NCBI GenBank assembly: GCA_001819815.1
Contig: MHNO01000009.1
Span: 71,734 to 135,733 of the forward strand
Source: Candidatus Ryanbacteria bacterium RIFCSPHIGHO2_02_FULL_45_17b
GTDB lineage: Bacteria; Patescibacteriota; Minisyncoccia; Ryanbacterales; 2-02-FULL-48-12
Length of the DNA: 64,000 nt
Direction of reading: 5' to 3'
In this document: positions 19,848-28,603 of the stretch, one piece after another
Layout: every line of letters begins with the position of its first letter
How positions within the stretch are numbered: position 1 is the first letter of the stretch
The notes under the pieces: model-generated
Databases searched by the model: none
Told to the model about the DNA's origin: nothing
What the model saw: only the letters and a program-made list of their open reading frames with translations
Program-made: the position numbers and the translations under genes

Positions 19848-20241
19848 TAAACTTCTCAAACGGAGGATGCTGAGCAACCTTGCCAACCATTTCATAGAGA
19901 CGAAGGCGTTCAGATGATCGATGCCAATCCGCCGGAGTCATTTTTGTATTGAAGTAGATATCCCGCAGTTTCCAAAACATGTCCCATGCTTCCTGTCCGA
20001 TCACTTGTATGACATCAGCTTCATGTTCCTCATCCTCCATGAATGCAAGCGCGTTCCCAAACCGGCCTGTATGCAAAGCAACCATCTGCGCTTGTGTTCC
20101 CTCCATGTAGCCGGGTCGTTGTTGATTCCATTTGTGTAATTCTTCCTCTTGTCTATCAGCTTCCGTCCAAATATCTTCCACCCCGGGCGGCATTTCATCC
20201 TCCTTCCCGTTTGAATGTGATTCAATACCATCCTGATTCAT
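19801..20241 (-). CDS. Hypothetical acidic protein
   Basis: ORF convergent with fmt and overlapping its 3' end. Confidence 0.55.
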   Translation of the reverse strand: MNQDGIESHSNGKEDEMPPGVEDIWTEADRQEEELHKWNQQRPGYMEGTQAQMVALHTGRFGNALAFMEDEEHEADVIQVIGQEAWDMFWKLRDIYFNTKMTPADWHRSSERLRLYEMVGKVAQHPPFEKFITRGVDVPVENETVH

Positions 20242-20494
20242 ATACAACAATACTACCACTCCATAAAAGATACAAGCAACTGTGGACAAAATTATAGGGA
20301 GTCCGCGAGGACTCCCTCAAAAAGCTTTATGGGGGACTTTCACAACTTTGTTTGGGTTTGGTAGGCAAGATATCATGCCCTCTTTGAATAACTGCAATTT
20401 CTCCTGAAGAGACATCCTGTAGACCAGCAAGACAAAAATCAACACAAGTCCGGAAATTTTCATAGACACACCGTTCCATTATCACAGGTTGTTT

Positions 20495-21496
20495 CTATAA
20501 ATTTTTAGCAACTCTCCGCACATGTTCGACCAAGGTCGCCGTATACCCCGCTTCATTGTCGTACCATGAAAATACTTTTAGCAGATTCCCATCCACTACT
20601 TTAGTAAGCGCGAGATCCACAATGGCGCCGTAGGGTTGCCCTAGAACATCAGTAGAGACAAGCGGATCCTCGCTCACAGAAAGAATTTTTGACCATCGAG
20701 GATCCTGAGCCATTTTTTTGAATGCATCATTTACTTCCTCCTTGGAAACCGGACGTCCAAGTAGTGCGGTTATTGCCGACAGGGACCCTGCGACCACCGG
20801 CACCCGCATCGCGATCGCGTCAAATTTTCCTTTGAGTTCCGGAATAGATTGAATTACTGCTTCCGCCGCCCCCGTGGTGGAAGGCACAATGTTTACCGCA
20901 GCCGCCCGTCCTCGGCGCATATCTTTTTCATCGGGTCCATCCACTAACTTTTGTGTGGCGGTATACCCGTGCACCGTAACCATACCTGCTTTTTCAATTC
21001 CAAACGCATCCATCAAAATGCGCATCACGGGCGCTACGGAATTGGTAGTACAAGACGCGTTGCACGTTATTTTACCCGCAGTCTCAAAGTCATCATCATT
21101 CACTCCCACCAAAAGCGTAGGAACTCCGCCTTTTGCAGGCGCAGTAATGACCACGTGTTTGGCCCCGGCATCCAAATGCACACGCGCTTTCTCGCCCGAA
21201 GTGAAAAATCCCGTTGACTCTACTACTATATCGACATCCAAATCCTTCCATGGGAGACGGGCAGGATCTTTTTCGGCAAGAACTCTCACCTTATTGCCAT
21301 CTACGATAATATGCTGTTCGTCTGCGCTGACCTCTTTGTCATACCGTCCGTAAACCGAGTCGAACTTCAACAAATATGAGAGCGTTTTAGTGTCCGTTAA
21401 ATCATTAACAGCGACAATATCAAACTCATCAAGACCATGTGTTGCTCGAAAAAATGAACGGCCAATACGCCCAAATCCATTTATTGCAATTTTCAT
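20495..21496 (-). CDS. gap: Type I glyceraldehyde-3-phosphate dehydrogenase
   Basis: INGFGRIGR, NASCTTN, SWYDNE. Confidence 0.97.
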   Translation of the reverse strand: MKIAINGFGRIGRSFFRATHGLDEFDIVAVNDLTDTKTLSYLLKFDSVYGRYDKEVSADEQHIIVDGNKVRVLAEKDPARLPWKDLDVDIVVESTGFFTSGEKARVHLDAGAKHVVITAPAKGGVPTLLVGVNDDDFETAGKITCNASCTTNSVAPVMRILMDAFGIEKAGMVTVHGYTATQKLVDGPDEKDMRRGRAAAVNIVPSTTGAAEAVIQSIPELKGKFDAIAMRVPVVAGSLSAITALLGRPVSKEEVNDAFKKMAQDPRWSKILSVSEDPLVSTDVLGQPYGAIVDLALTKVVDGNLLKVFSWYDNEAGYTATLVEHVRRVAKNL

Positions 21497-21536
21497 AGAA
21501 TAGTAGTTAGTTGTTAGTAATTAATAAGATGATATA

Positions 21537-21746
21537 TTAATTACCTTTGGCACTAGAATTTCCGACCAGACTTGGGAAAAACCTACGTAGAATTAGGTAT
21601 GTAATAATAACTCCTGGCAAAAACCCATACAATATAAGTCCAAACCCAATATCCACTACGGTAAACAAGTATGTTATTTTAACGAATAAATAACCTCCTA
21701 TATACCCCCCTGCGATACACAAGAAAATGCCGATAGTTGATTTCAT
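21537..21746 (-). CDS. Small 2-TM hypothetical protein between trxB and gap
   Basis: 69 aa, AT-rich, hydrophobic. Confidence 0.55.
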   Translation of the reverse strand: MKSTIGIFLCIAGGYIGGYLFVKITYLFTVVDIGFGLILYGFLPGVIITYLILRRFFPSLVGNSSAKGN

Positions 21747-21758
21747 TTAGACGATAAA

Positions 21759-22697
21759 TTATTTATTAAGCAGATACTGATAACAAGAAAGTGCGGCCTT
21801 TACCCCGTCCCCCACCGAAATATTATTCTGTTTATACATTTCATCGGTAACATCTCCTGCCGCCCAAATGCCTGGAACTGATGTTGCAGATGTTTTGTGG
21901 TCAATTACGATTTCGCCTGCCTTATTCAATTCTACTAAATCTTTTATAAACTCGGAATTTGGCACCGAGCCGATTTCCACAAATACGCCGCCAACCGAAA
22001 GCGTTTTTTCTTCGCCCGATACACGGTCTTTATATACAAGCCCCGTTACAAATTTTTCCCCCTCTACTCGCACCGTCTCGGCATGATAAATCACCTCGGC
22101 CTTCCCCGAGCTTTTTATTTTCTCCTGCGTTACCGGATCACCTTTTAAGGTGTCAGTATATTCCAATAAATAAATTTTATTCGCGTACGGCAACAAATCC
22201 ACCGCCGCTTCGAGCCCCGCGTTTCCTCCGCCTACCACTGCGACATCCTTTCCACTGAACAATGGCGCGTCGCATGTGGAGCAATAAGCCACCCCCTTGC
22301 CGTCAAATTCTTTTTCACCCGGAATGCCCAACTTGCGCCGGCGCGCCCCCGACGTAACGATAACCGTACGTGTTTCGTATACCCCACCTCTGTCGGTTTC
22401 CACCAAAAAACCGCCATCTTTCTTGGAAATTTTTGTAACAAGTTCCGGCGCTTTTATTTCCACCTCTTCCTGATAATTGCGTATGTGCGTTTCCAGATTT
22501 TTAGCAAGCTCAAGCCCCGACAACGATTTGGTGCCGATCCAGTTTTGCACATCGGCAGAAACAATGGATTGCCCGCCAAACTCGCCTGTAATAAGCAATA
22601 CTTTTAATTTTTTCCGCGCGGCATACACCGCCGCTCCCGCGGCCGCCGGTCCTCCCCCGATAATGATGACGTCGTACATAATGATATTATTTTCCAC
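21759..22697 (-). CDS. trxB: Thioredoxin reductase (TrxB / AhpF C-terminal-like)
   Basis: GGGPA, CSTCD, GGGNAG, AAGDVT. Confidence 0.9.
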   Translation of the reverse strand: MENNIIMYDVIIIGGGPAAAGAAVYAARKKLKVLLITGEFGGQSIVSADVQNWIGTKSLSGLELAKNLETHIRNYQEEVEIKAPELVTKISKKDGGFLVETDRGGVYETRTVIVTSGARRRKLGIPGEKEFDGKGVAYCSTCDAPLFSGKDVAVVGGGNAGLEAAVDLLPYANKIYLLEYTDTLKGDPVTQEKIKSSGKAEVIYHAETVRVEGEKFVTGLVYKDRVSGEEKTLSVGGVFVEIGSVPNSEFIKDLVELNKAGEIVIDHKTSATSVPGIWAAGDVTDEMYKQNNISVGDGVKAALSCYQYLLNK

Positions 22698-23037
22698 TAT
22701 CTATTCCCGCTTTTATCTCAAGATATTTAACTCGAGCCATTAAATCCTCAAATTCATCTTTATACACCAAATTACCACGTATTTCCGCAACGTCGGCTTC
22801 TATTCTGCCTAAGCGGGCATCCATGTGATCCATGCGCCCATCAAAACGATCCATGCGCTCTTCAAAACGATCCATGCGCTCTTCAAAGTGATCCATACGA
22901 CCGTCTAATGTATCCATACGGTCGTCTAGCGTATCCATACGACCATCCAATCGTTTTATATCATCTTTCGTTGCTGTATTCTCAAAACCCTTCGCAATCA
23001 TACGCGCAAGTTCTTCATTTGTGACTTTTTTTACCAT
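22687..23037 (-). CDS. Small coiled-coil protein with tandem heptad repeats
   Basis: MVKKVTNEELARMIAKGF...(MDxxxxR)n; TATACT 6 nt before ATG. Confidence 0.8.
   Translation of the reverse strand: MVKKVTNEELARMIAKGFENTATKDDIKRLDGRMDTLDDRMDTLDGRMDHFEERMDRFEERMDRFDGRMDHMDARLGRIEADVAEIRGNLVYKDEFEDLMARVKYLEIKAGIDSGK
22828..22953. repeat. 21-nt tandem repeat, about 6 units
   Basis: ATCCATRCG recurs every 21 nt. Confidence 0.85.
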
Positions 23038-23085
23038 GCCTCTAGTATACAAAACAGTTGATAAAACGCAAAATTCGGTTTCTGA

Positions 23086-23106
23086 ACGTAGCGGTTGAAC
23101 CGCTAC
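23086..23106. repeat. Palindrome ACGTAGCGGTTGAACCGCTAC (intergenic copy)
   Basis: Identical 21-mer at 33617-33637. Confidence 0.8.
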
Positions 23107-23113
23107 ATAACTA

Positions 23114-24298
23114 TCAATAGGCTTCTTTCGTGTACACATTCTTTGGATCCCACACCATCCACGAGTCAAGCCTTGCATCATACGTTGCTTGTTTTTCTTT
23201 CCGAATCATATCTGCCGTGTAATCCGCGCCTAAATCAAAATCCTGAATCCATGGTCGTAGCTCGGCAATGTGCGCGCCATATAAAGGCGAAGTTGTGCTT
23301 GCAGTTAATACACGCATTGCCTCTAGACGCCGTTCTCCTTCTGACATGGCAAAATGAATAACCTCATAAGGATGTGCCGCAGGGTTTGAGAGACCATTCC
23401 ATCCATTGGGATAATGGGAAGGATATACCATGGGCGCAATATAGTCCGCATGAGGCGCTGCTTTTTCAAGCACTTGTCCAATGTTCAAGTCATCGGTATT
23501 TGTCATGGTCATACCAAATAAATCAAGGGAAATAGGAATGGGCAGTTTGCTAAGTTCAGTATCAAGATAGGCAAAAAAATTCTCAAGAACATCGCTCCGC
23601 GGCACAATGCCATCCCACACGGGAAACGCAATATTTTTCATATTACCATCAGATGGAAACCGCACATAATCAAAGTTGAGTTCATCAAACCCCACCGCTT
23701 CCGCGGCATGCGCAACCCGAATAATATACTTCCACATTTCCGTGGAGGCAGGATCAACCCATGTGATTCCTTTCCTATCTTTCCACACCGTTCCTTCTTT
23801 TGTGCGCACGGCAATCTCAGGCATTTTCGCAACAACATGCGGATCTTGAAAGACGCTAATACGCGCGATTGTGTAAATATCATTACGATGCAACTCCTCG
23901 ATAAAAGAACGCATATTCGGCACGCGTTCTTCTTCCGAGCCCATCTTCTCTATTATCGGATCGCCCGTGCGAAAAGAAACCTTGCCAGAATAATCTTTAA
24001 CATCAATAACAATTGCGTTGACTTCTGATGTTCGAACAAATTCTACAAGCGGTTCACGTATGGATGGAGTCCCCGCAACCCAACTTGACATATAAATGGC
24101 GCGAACGGCATCCGGCGTGGATATATGTTGGGGCGGCGGAGGTAAAACCGCTGTTGCTATAGTTGCGCTACCGTACTCGTCCGCAATGTATATCAGTGCT
24201 GTTCCTCTGTTCATTACCCAAACAAAAACAACCGCAATAACTACGACCGCGCTTCCCATTCCTGTAAAAATATATTTTTTTGAAAAAAAGCTTCTCAT
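23114..24298 (-). CDS. Putative glycoside hydrolase (DUF4015-like TIM barrel), membrane-anchored
   Basis: VRAIYMS, NAIVIDVKD, GFDELNFDYVRFP, PMVYPSHY, RPWIQDF. Confidence 0.85.
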   Translation of the reverse strand: MRSFFSKKYIFTGMGSAVVVIAVVFVWVMNRGTALIYIADEYGSATIATAVLPPPPQHISTPDAVRAIYMSSWVAGTPSIREPLVEFVRTSEVNAIVIDVKDYSGKVSFRTGDPIIEKMGSEEERVPNMRSFIEELHRNDIYTIARISVFQDPHVVAKMPEIAVRTKEGTVWKDRKGITWVDPASTEMWKYIIRVAHAAEAVGFDELNFDYVRFPSDGNMKNIAFPVWDGIVPRSDVLENFFAYLDTELSKLPIPISLDLFGMTMTNTDDLNIGQVLEKAAPHADYIAPMVYPSHYPNGWNGLSNPAAHPYEVIHFAMSEGERRLEAMRVLTASTTSPLYGAHIAELRPWIQDFDLGADYTADMIRKEKQATYDARLDSWMVWDPKNVYTKEAY

Positions 24299-25575
24299 GT
24301 AATGTAATCTGCGAGTGTAACGGATGGATCGGACAAATAAGGGATATAAGACACACAGTCTCGCTGTTCTTTTATAAGAAGCTCGATAACCCGCTTATCT
24401 TTGAATTTATTTATAAACACAGCGCTCACAAGTTTGCCATCTTCCATGCCAAAACGCTCATACCACGCGCCTTCTTGGAAACGTGAAATATATGTACGGT
24501 TGGTATGTTGTATCGCTCCGGATACATCCCCAAGAAACGCAATATGCATCCCCAATACATCAATAGCGTACAAGGGAACATAGGTAAACGCGTGCCGATG
24601 CCCGGTTTTCATATGTGAAGCAGCCATGTTTAAGCCCACAATTCTTCCTTGTAAAAACGCGTTGTTCCAATTTCCCGTTAAAAGATGCTGCTCAAATACC
24701 GGATGGTAGTTTTCGGCAACATCCCCGGCTGCCCATATGTGTTCTGTTGTTGTTTCTAAAAATTCGTTCGTGATAATGCCGCGGTTTACTTCCATACCGA
24801 TGTCTCTAAAGGTCTCGACTTCACGATCCAGCCCGACGCCAACCGCGAGCACATCAGCCGCGTAAGACGTATTCCTGCCCGTAAATACGGTTATAGTTCC
24901 TTTTTCGTCTTGCCGTACTCTTGTTGCTAATTCGTTATGATGGAAAATAACTCCCTTCCGTTCGAGATGCGTTTCCAGTAATACACTCCCCTCTGTATCC
25001 ATATAGTCTTGCCAATATCGTTTTTCTGAAATAAGACAATGGATCATCGAGACTCCGCGCGGCACAAGCGCGTTTATAAGTTCAAGGGCAATAAATCCGC
25101 CGCCGACAAGAACTACTTCCTGTTTATGTTTCTCCGATAGTTTACTATATAATGCATCTGCGTCATTGATGGTTTGAAACCGTGTTATTGGCACCGTTTC
25201 CGACCCTTCCACGCGCCATGGTTTGGCATGCCCGCCCGCGGCGATCAGAAGCTGTTTATAGAAAAAAAGAGTGCCGCGCCTCGTACGCACCTCGTTTCGC
25301 TTAAGGTCTAACACCGTTGCCTCCTCTTCCAAATATAAACTAATGTTTCGTTTGTTGTAATCCTCCACTGTACGCAAAAAAACTTGTGCGCGTGATAAAG
25401 CGCCCTCTACATATTTAGGCAGAAGAACTCGCGAATAGAGGACATGAGGCTCCTTGCTTACAATAGCTATCGTGCCACTATCATCTTTGTTGCGAATGGT
25501 CTCGGCAGCAGTGGTGCCTGCAATTCCTCCGCCGATAATAAGATAATCCACGTTGTGCTTTGCTCCATCAGACAT
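24295..25575 (-). CDS. NAD(P)/FAD-dependent oxidoreductase (rubredoxin/ferredoxin reductase-like)
   Basis: IIGGGIAG, YSRVLLP, VGGGFIALE, WAAGDVA. Confidence 0.88.
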   Translation of the reverse strand: MSDGAKHNVDYLIIGGGIAGTTAAETIRNKDDSGTIAIVSKEPHVLYSRVLLPKYVEGALSRAQVFLRTVEDYNKRNISLYLEEEATVLDLKRNEVRTRRGTLFFYKQLLIAAGGHAKPWRVEGSETVPITRFQTINDADALYSKLSEKHKQEVVLVGGGFIALELINALVPRGVSMIHCLISEKRYWQDYMDTEGSVLLETHLERKGVIFHHNELATRVRQDEKGTITVFTGRNTSYAADVLAVGVGLDREVETFRDIGMEVNRGIITNEFLETTTEHIWAAGDVAENYHPVFEQHLLTGNWNNAFLQGRIVGLNMAASHMKTGHRHAFTYVPLYAIDVLGMHIAFLGDVSGAIQHTNRTYISRFQEGAWYERFGMEDGKLVSAVFINKFKDKRVIELLIKEQRDCVSYIPYLSDPSVTLADYIT

Positions 25576-25659
25576 GGAGAAATGGTAGCATAATTTTCTT
25601 TTCTCCAAAAGAAAAAACAGACGATAGAACATATCGTCTGCCGCCATAAGAAAACAATG

Positions 25660-26913
25660 TTATATTTTGTCGAGAGCCTGCATGATATCAAAAACAATAC
25701 ACGCAATATCCTCTCCGCCCACTGAAAACCGAACACCATTGGGAACAATGCCACTGCTCGCTTTTTCGTTTGGCTCTAATACGCCATGCGTAGTAGACCA
25801 GCAATGCGTAGCGAATGTATTTAAGTCACCCAAATGCACACAGTTGCGACAAAACCGGAGAGCATCCATAAAACGCCGCGTCTCTTCTTCTCCCCCGTCA
25901 ATTTCCATATACACCAAGGGCGGGTATCCATCTAACAGCTGAGACGCAACCGCATAGGAAGAATGGTCAGAGCAAAGCGGATGCCATACTTTGCGTACGC
26001 GCGGATGATGTTGCAAAGTAAGCGTTAAACTGAGTGTATTTTCCGCGTGCCTCTTCATGCGTTCATAGAGCGTCATAATCCCGAGCCGGATAAGCCACGC
26101 CGCATCAGGCGCAAGGACAGATCCCTCATCACGAGATTCACTGATCTTTAGATGGTGGATTATATCTTTTCGCCCAACCAACACGCCTCCCATACCTTGA
26201 GAGAAACCCGCCATTCCTTTGGTAAGCGAATGAATGACAATGTCTGCGCCAAATTCCAGCGGCCGCAACAAAATGGGCGTAGCAATGGTACTATCCACCA
26301 CAAGCGGTTTTCCAAAACTATGCGCGAGATCAGCAAGGGAGCGAATATCATACACGTAACCATGCGGATTGGTAGGCATTTCCACAAAAAGATATTGAGT
26401 TTTATCGTCTATCAACCGCCGCCACGACTCAATATCAGTTGGATCTTCCACAAACCGAGCTTCTATATTTGCGAATGAAACACGGTGTTGGACCAAATGC
26501 CGCGTGCCTCCGTACAGATACGGCGACAATACGATGTTGTCTCCGCTACTGCAAAAGTGAGTGATTAGAAGCCGATGCGCCGCATTCCCCGAAGCGCACG
26601 CAAGAGCATCCACACCACTCAAAAAAAGAGCTGGCGCGTTCGAACCTTCCAGTTGAGCAACAGACTGTTCGAGCATTTCTACAGTGGGATTACCAAATCG
26701 ACCATAGACAAAACCACTTTCTTTCCCGGAAACCATGCGCTCCGCAGTTTCTGTATCGGGCATCGCATAGGTAACCCCGCGATACAACGGAGGTAAAATA
26801 GCTCCGTGCGGATCAACAAACGGATCGTAACCGCCGCGGATACAGATAGTCCGCAAATCCTCCCTAGTTTCGATAAATGATACCCCGAGACTAAAACGAT
26901 CTTGTGCATTCAT
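25660..26913 (-). CDS. PLP-dependent Cys/Met metabolism enzyme (MetY/MetB/methionine gamma-lyase family)
   Basis: YGRFGNPT, LYGGT, EMPTNP, DSTIATP, HSLTK (PLP lysine), HLGD, RFSVGGED. Confidence 0.9.
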   Translation of the reverse strand: MNAQDRFSLGVSFIETREDLRTICIRGGYDPFVDPHGAILPPLYRGVTYAMPDTETAERMVSGKESGFVYGRFGNPTVEMLEQSVAQLEGSNAPALFLSGVDALACASGNAAHRLLITHFCSSGDNIVLSPYLYGGTRHLVQHRVSFANIEARFVEDPTDIESWRRLIDDKTQYLFVEMPTNPHGYVYDIRSLADLAHSFGKPLVVDSTIATPILLRPLEFGADIVIHSLTKGMAGFSQGMGGVLVGRKDIIHHLKISESRDEGSVLAPDAAWLIRLGIMTLYERMKRHAENTLSLTLTLQHHPRVRKVWHPLCSDHSSYAVASQLLDGYPPLVYMEIDGGEEETRRFMDALRFCRNCVHLGDLNTFATHCWSTTHGVLEPNEKASSGIVPNGVRFSVGGEDIACIVFDIMQALDKI

Positions 26914-27115
26914 GTGTGCGTTCCTTTCTTTCAAAGCTTACCAATAGAGTAACACGCGAGACTTAATTTTACAACACAAAATTCTTCTACTCTCCTACCA
27001 ATATTCTCATTTTGTTTGTATCACGTATCTCAAGAAACTCCACCGAAGAAACTTCAAATTACATAACGCCTTTTGGTAAAACGGAAATCAACGGCCAATG
27101 ATGAGATAATCAGAG

Positions 27116-27153
27116 CCTCATCTGATGAGGATGTGTTTCGTGATTCAAAGTAT
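27116..27153. repeat. Solo end of the nested-hairpin element (copy C)
   Basis: CCTCATCTGATGAGGATGTGTTTCGTGATTCAAAGTAT matches the reverse complement of the left end of copy B. Confidence 0.7.
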
Positions 27154-27234
27154 GGATTTTACGGCGGCAGAGTCTGTTTGAAACAAAAAGAAATCCCGAT
27201 TAATATCGGGATTGTGATAGGAAAGAAAGAGTGG

Positions 27235-27822
27235 CTACTTGTAATATGGCAGTAATTCAGGATAAGCCGCATTCCAGTATTCTCGGTCAAGATAATAACT
27301 TTTTTTGTCATCATCTCCGCCGAGATCAAACTGGCACAGCGCGGCAACCGGAATTTCAAGAAGTGTTTCTTTGGAGCATTTCTTTGCCGCAAACAAAACA
27401 TTCATAGTCTGGAACAGAGCATCTTTGCCTATCGCCGCCTCCACCGCCAAGCACGGATAATGCGCATGCAATAAAAACGATGCAAATCCGCCAAGATGCA
27501 TCATTCTTTTGATAGTAAAAAACGCTTCCTCCATAAAGTTGCCACTTACAATAATACCCGTAAGAGGCGATACGGGCGTTAATGCCAAGGGCCCTCCGGG
27601 CCAGGCAAAAAGAAACGACTTTGGCTCCTCGCGCACTCCATCTTGAAGGTCAACATGAAACCTGCACATATCGCGCATCCGCCCATTGCGATCATCTCCG
27701 CATCCAAAACCAAGGACACCATCTCTTGGTTCTAGCGCTTCCTTACTAACAGGTTTCAAAACCTGTCTCCTTTTCAACTCCTGGAAAAGATCCAAATCCC
27801 TTCCCGTAAGCACTTCCGCCAT
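27235..27822 (-). CDS. Divergent beta-carbonic-anhydrase-like protein
   Basis: CGDDR (CxDxR), WPGGP and HYPC (HxxC) motifs. Confidence 0.5.
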   Translation of the reverse strand: MAEVLTGRDLDLFQELKRRQVLKPVSKEALEPRDGVLGFGCGDDRNGRMRDMCRFHVDLQDGVREEPKSFLFAWPGGPLALTPVSPLTGIIVSGNFMEEAFFTIKRMMHLGGFASFLLHAHYPCLAVEAAIGKDALFQTMNVLFAAKKCSKETLLEIPVAALCQFDLGGDDDKKSYYLDREYWNAAYPELLPYYK

Positions 27823-27889
27823 TGTACCCTCCTATTACAAAGATTTACCAAACTTCAGAGTACCACCATTACAAAATTTTATCAACATC

Positions 27890-28381
27890 TTAGATTTTCC
27901 ACACCCCCGTAAAGTCCACAAACACCGGCTCGATTTTTATTGATGCTTCAAGATTGGCAGTCAAAAAATCCACCGCTCTTTTTGCTTCCAGCTGATAGTG
28001 CCTAAGCTCCGCGTTTTCATCATTGCCAAACGTTTGTAGCCCTCCATACTTACCGCAGTCACTGTGCACCATCAGATACACGGTTGGTGTATGATGCAAT
28101 GCAATCGAAGCAAGGATTTGCCCCAACACAAACGTACGATCATTTTCATTGTCGGGAGAAGCAAGTGTTTTTAGCCCCCCCGCGATACAAACTAAATCTT
28201 TGCGCTTTATCTGTTTTGTTTCAAGAAACACCGAAAGCGCCGAGCTAAATCGATCATCAAAACACCACACAACCGCCGCGTCAGCATGGTAATGATCTTT
28301 GGCAGTTTCAAGAGCAATAATTTGTTTGCCTGAGAGAAACTCTGCCTTGTTAAATTTGATCAATGATGCATCGGGATTCAT
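27890..28381 (-). CDS. Putative beta-class carbonic anhydrase
   Basis: CFDDR, IAGG, HSDCG zinc-ligand pattern. Confidence 0.75.
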   Translation of the reverse strand: MNPDASLIKFNKAEFLSGKQIIALETAKDHYHADAAVVWCFDDRFSSALSVFLETKQIKRKDLVCIAGGLKTLASPDNENDRTFVLGQILASIALHHTPTVYLMVHSDCGKYGGLQTFGNDENAELRHYQLEAKRAVDFLTANLEASIKIEPVFVDFTGVWKI

Positions 28382-28595
28382 TGGTTTGCATTACTTCCAA
28401 AAACCCGCTCGCTACCGGAACGTAGTGCTCACGCCTATCGGTGTCGGTAATTTTTATCACGCCCGGCGCAAGCACACTCAAAAGCGGTCGATGATGATCA
28501 AGAACCGTAATCTCGCCCGCCGATGTCCGGCAGGTAATGGATTTTACTTCCCCTTGATAACAGGTATTTTTGAGTGAATAGACACCGAGTTTCAT
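28350..28595 (-). CDS. atpC: ATP synthase epsilon subunit, N-terminal beta domain only
   Basis: GEITVLDHHRPLLSVLAPG, VASGFLEV; 81 aa. Confidence 0.88.
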   Translation of the reverse strand: MKLGVYSLKNTCYQGEVKSITCRTSAGEITVLDHHRPLLSVLAPGVIKITDTDRREHYVPVASGFLEVMQTNESRCIIDQI

Positions 28596-28603
28596 ATAGG
28601 AAC

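Noticed and set aside
22828-22953. CRISPR array
   Set aside because: Contiguous 21-nt coding repeats without spacers; no cas operon.
26935-27230. SAM riboswitch upstream of the Met/Cys enzyme
   Set aside because: No SAM-I core (AUC-AGAG...GCAACC...GUGC) in the right order.
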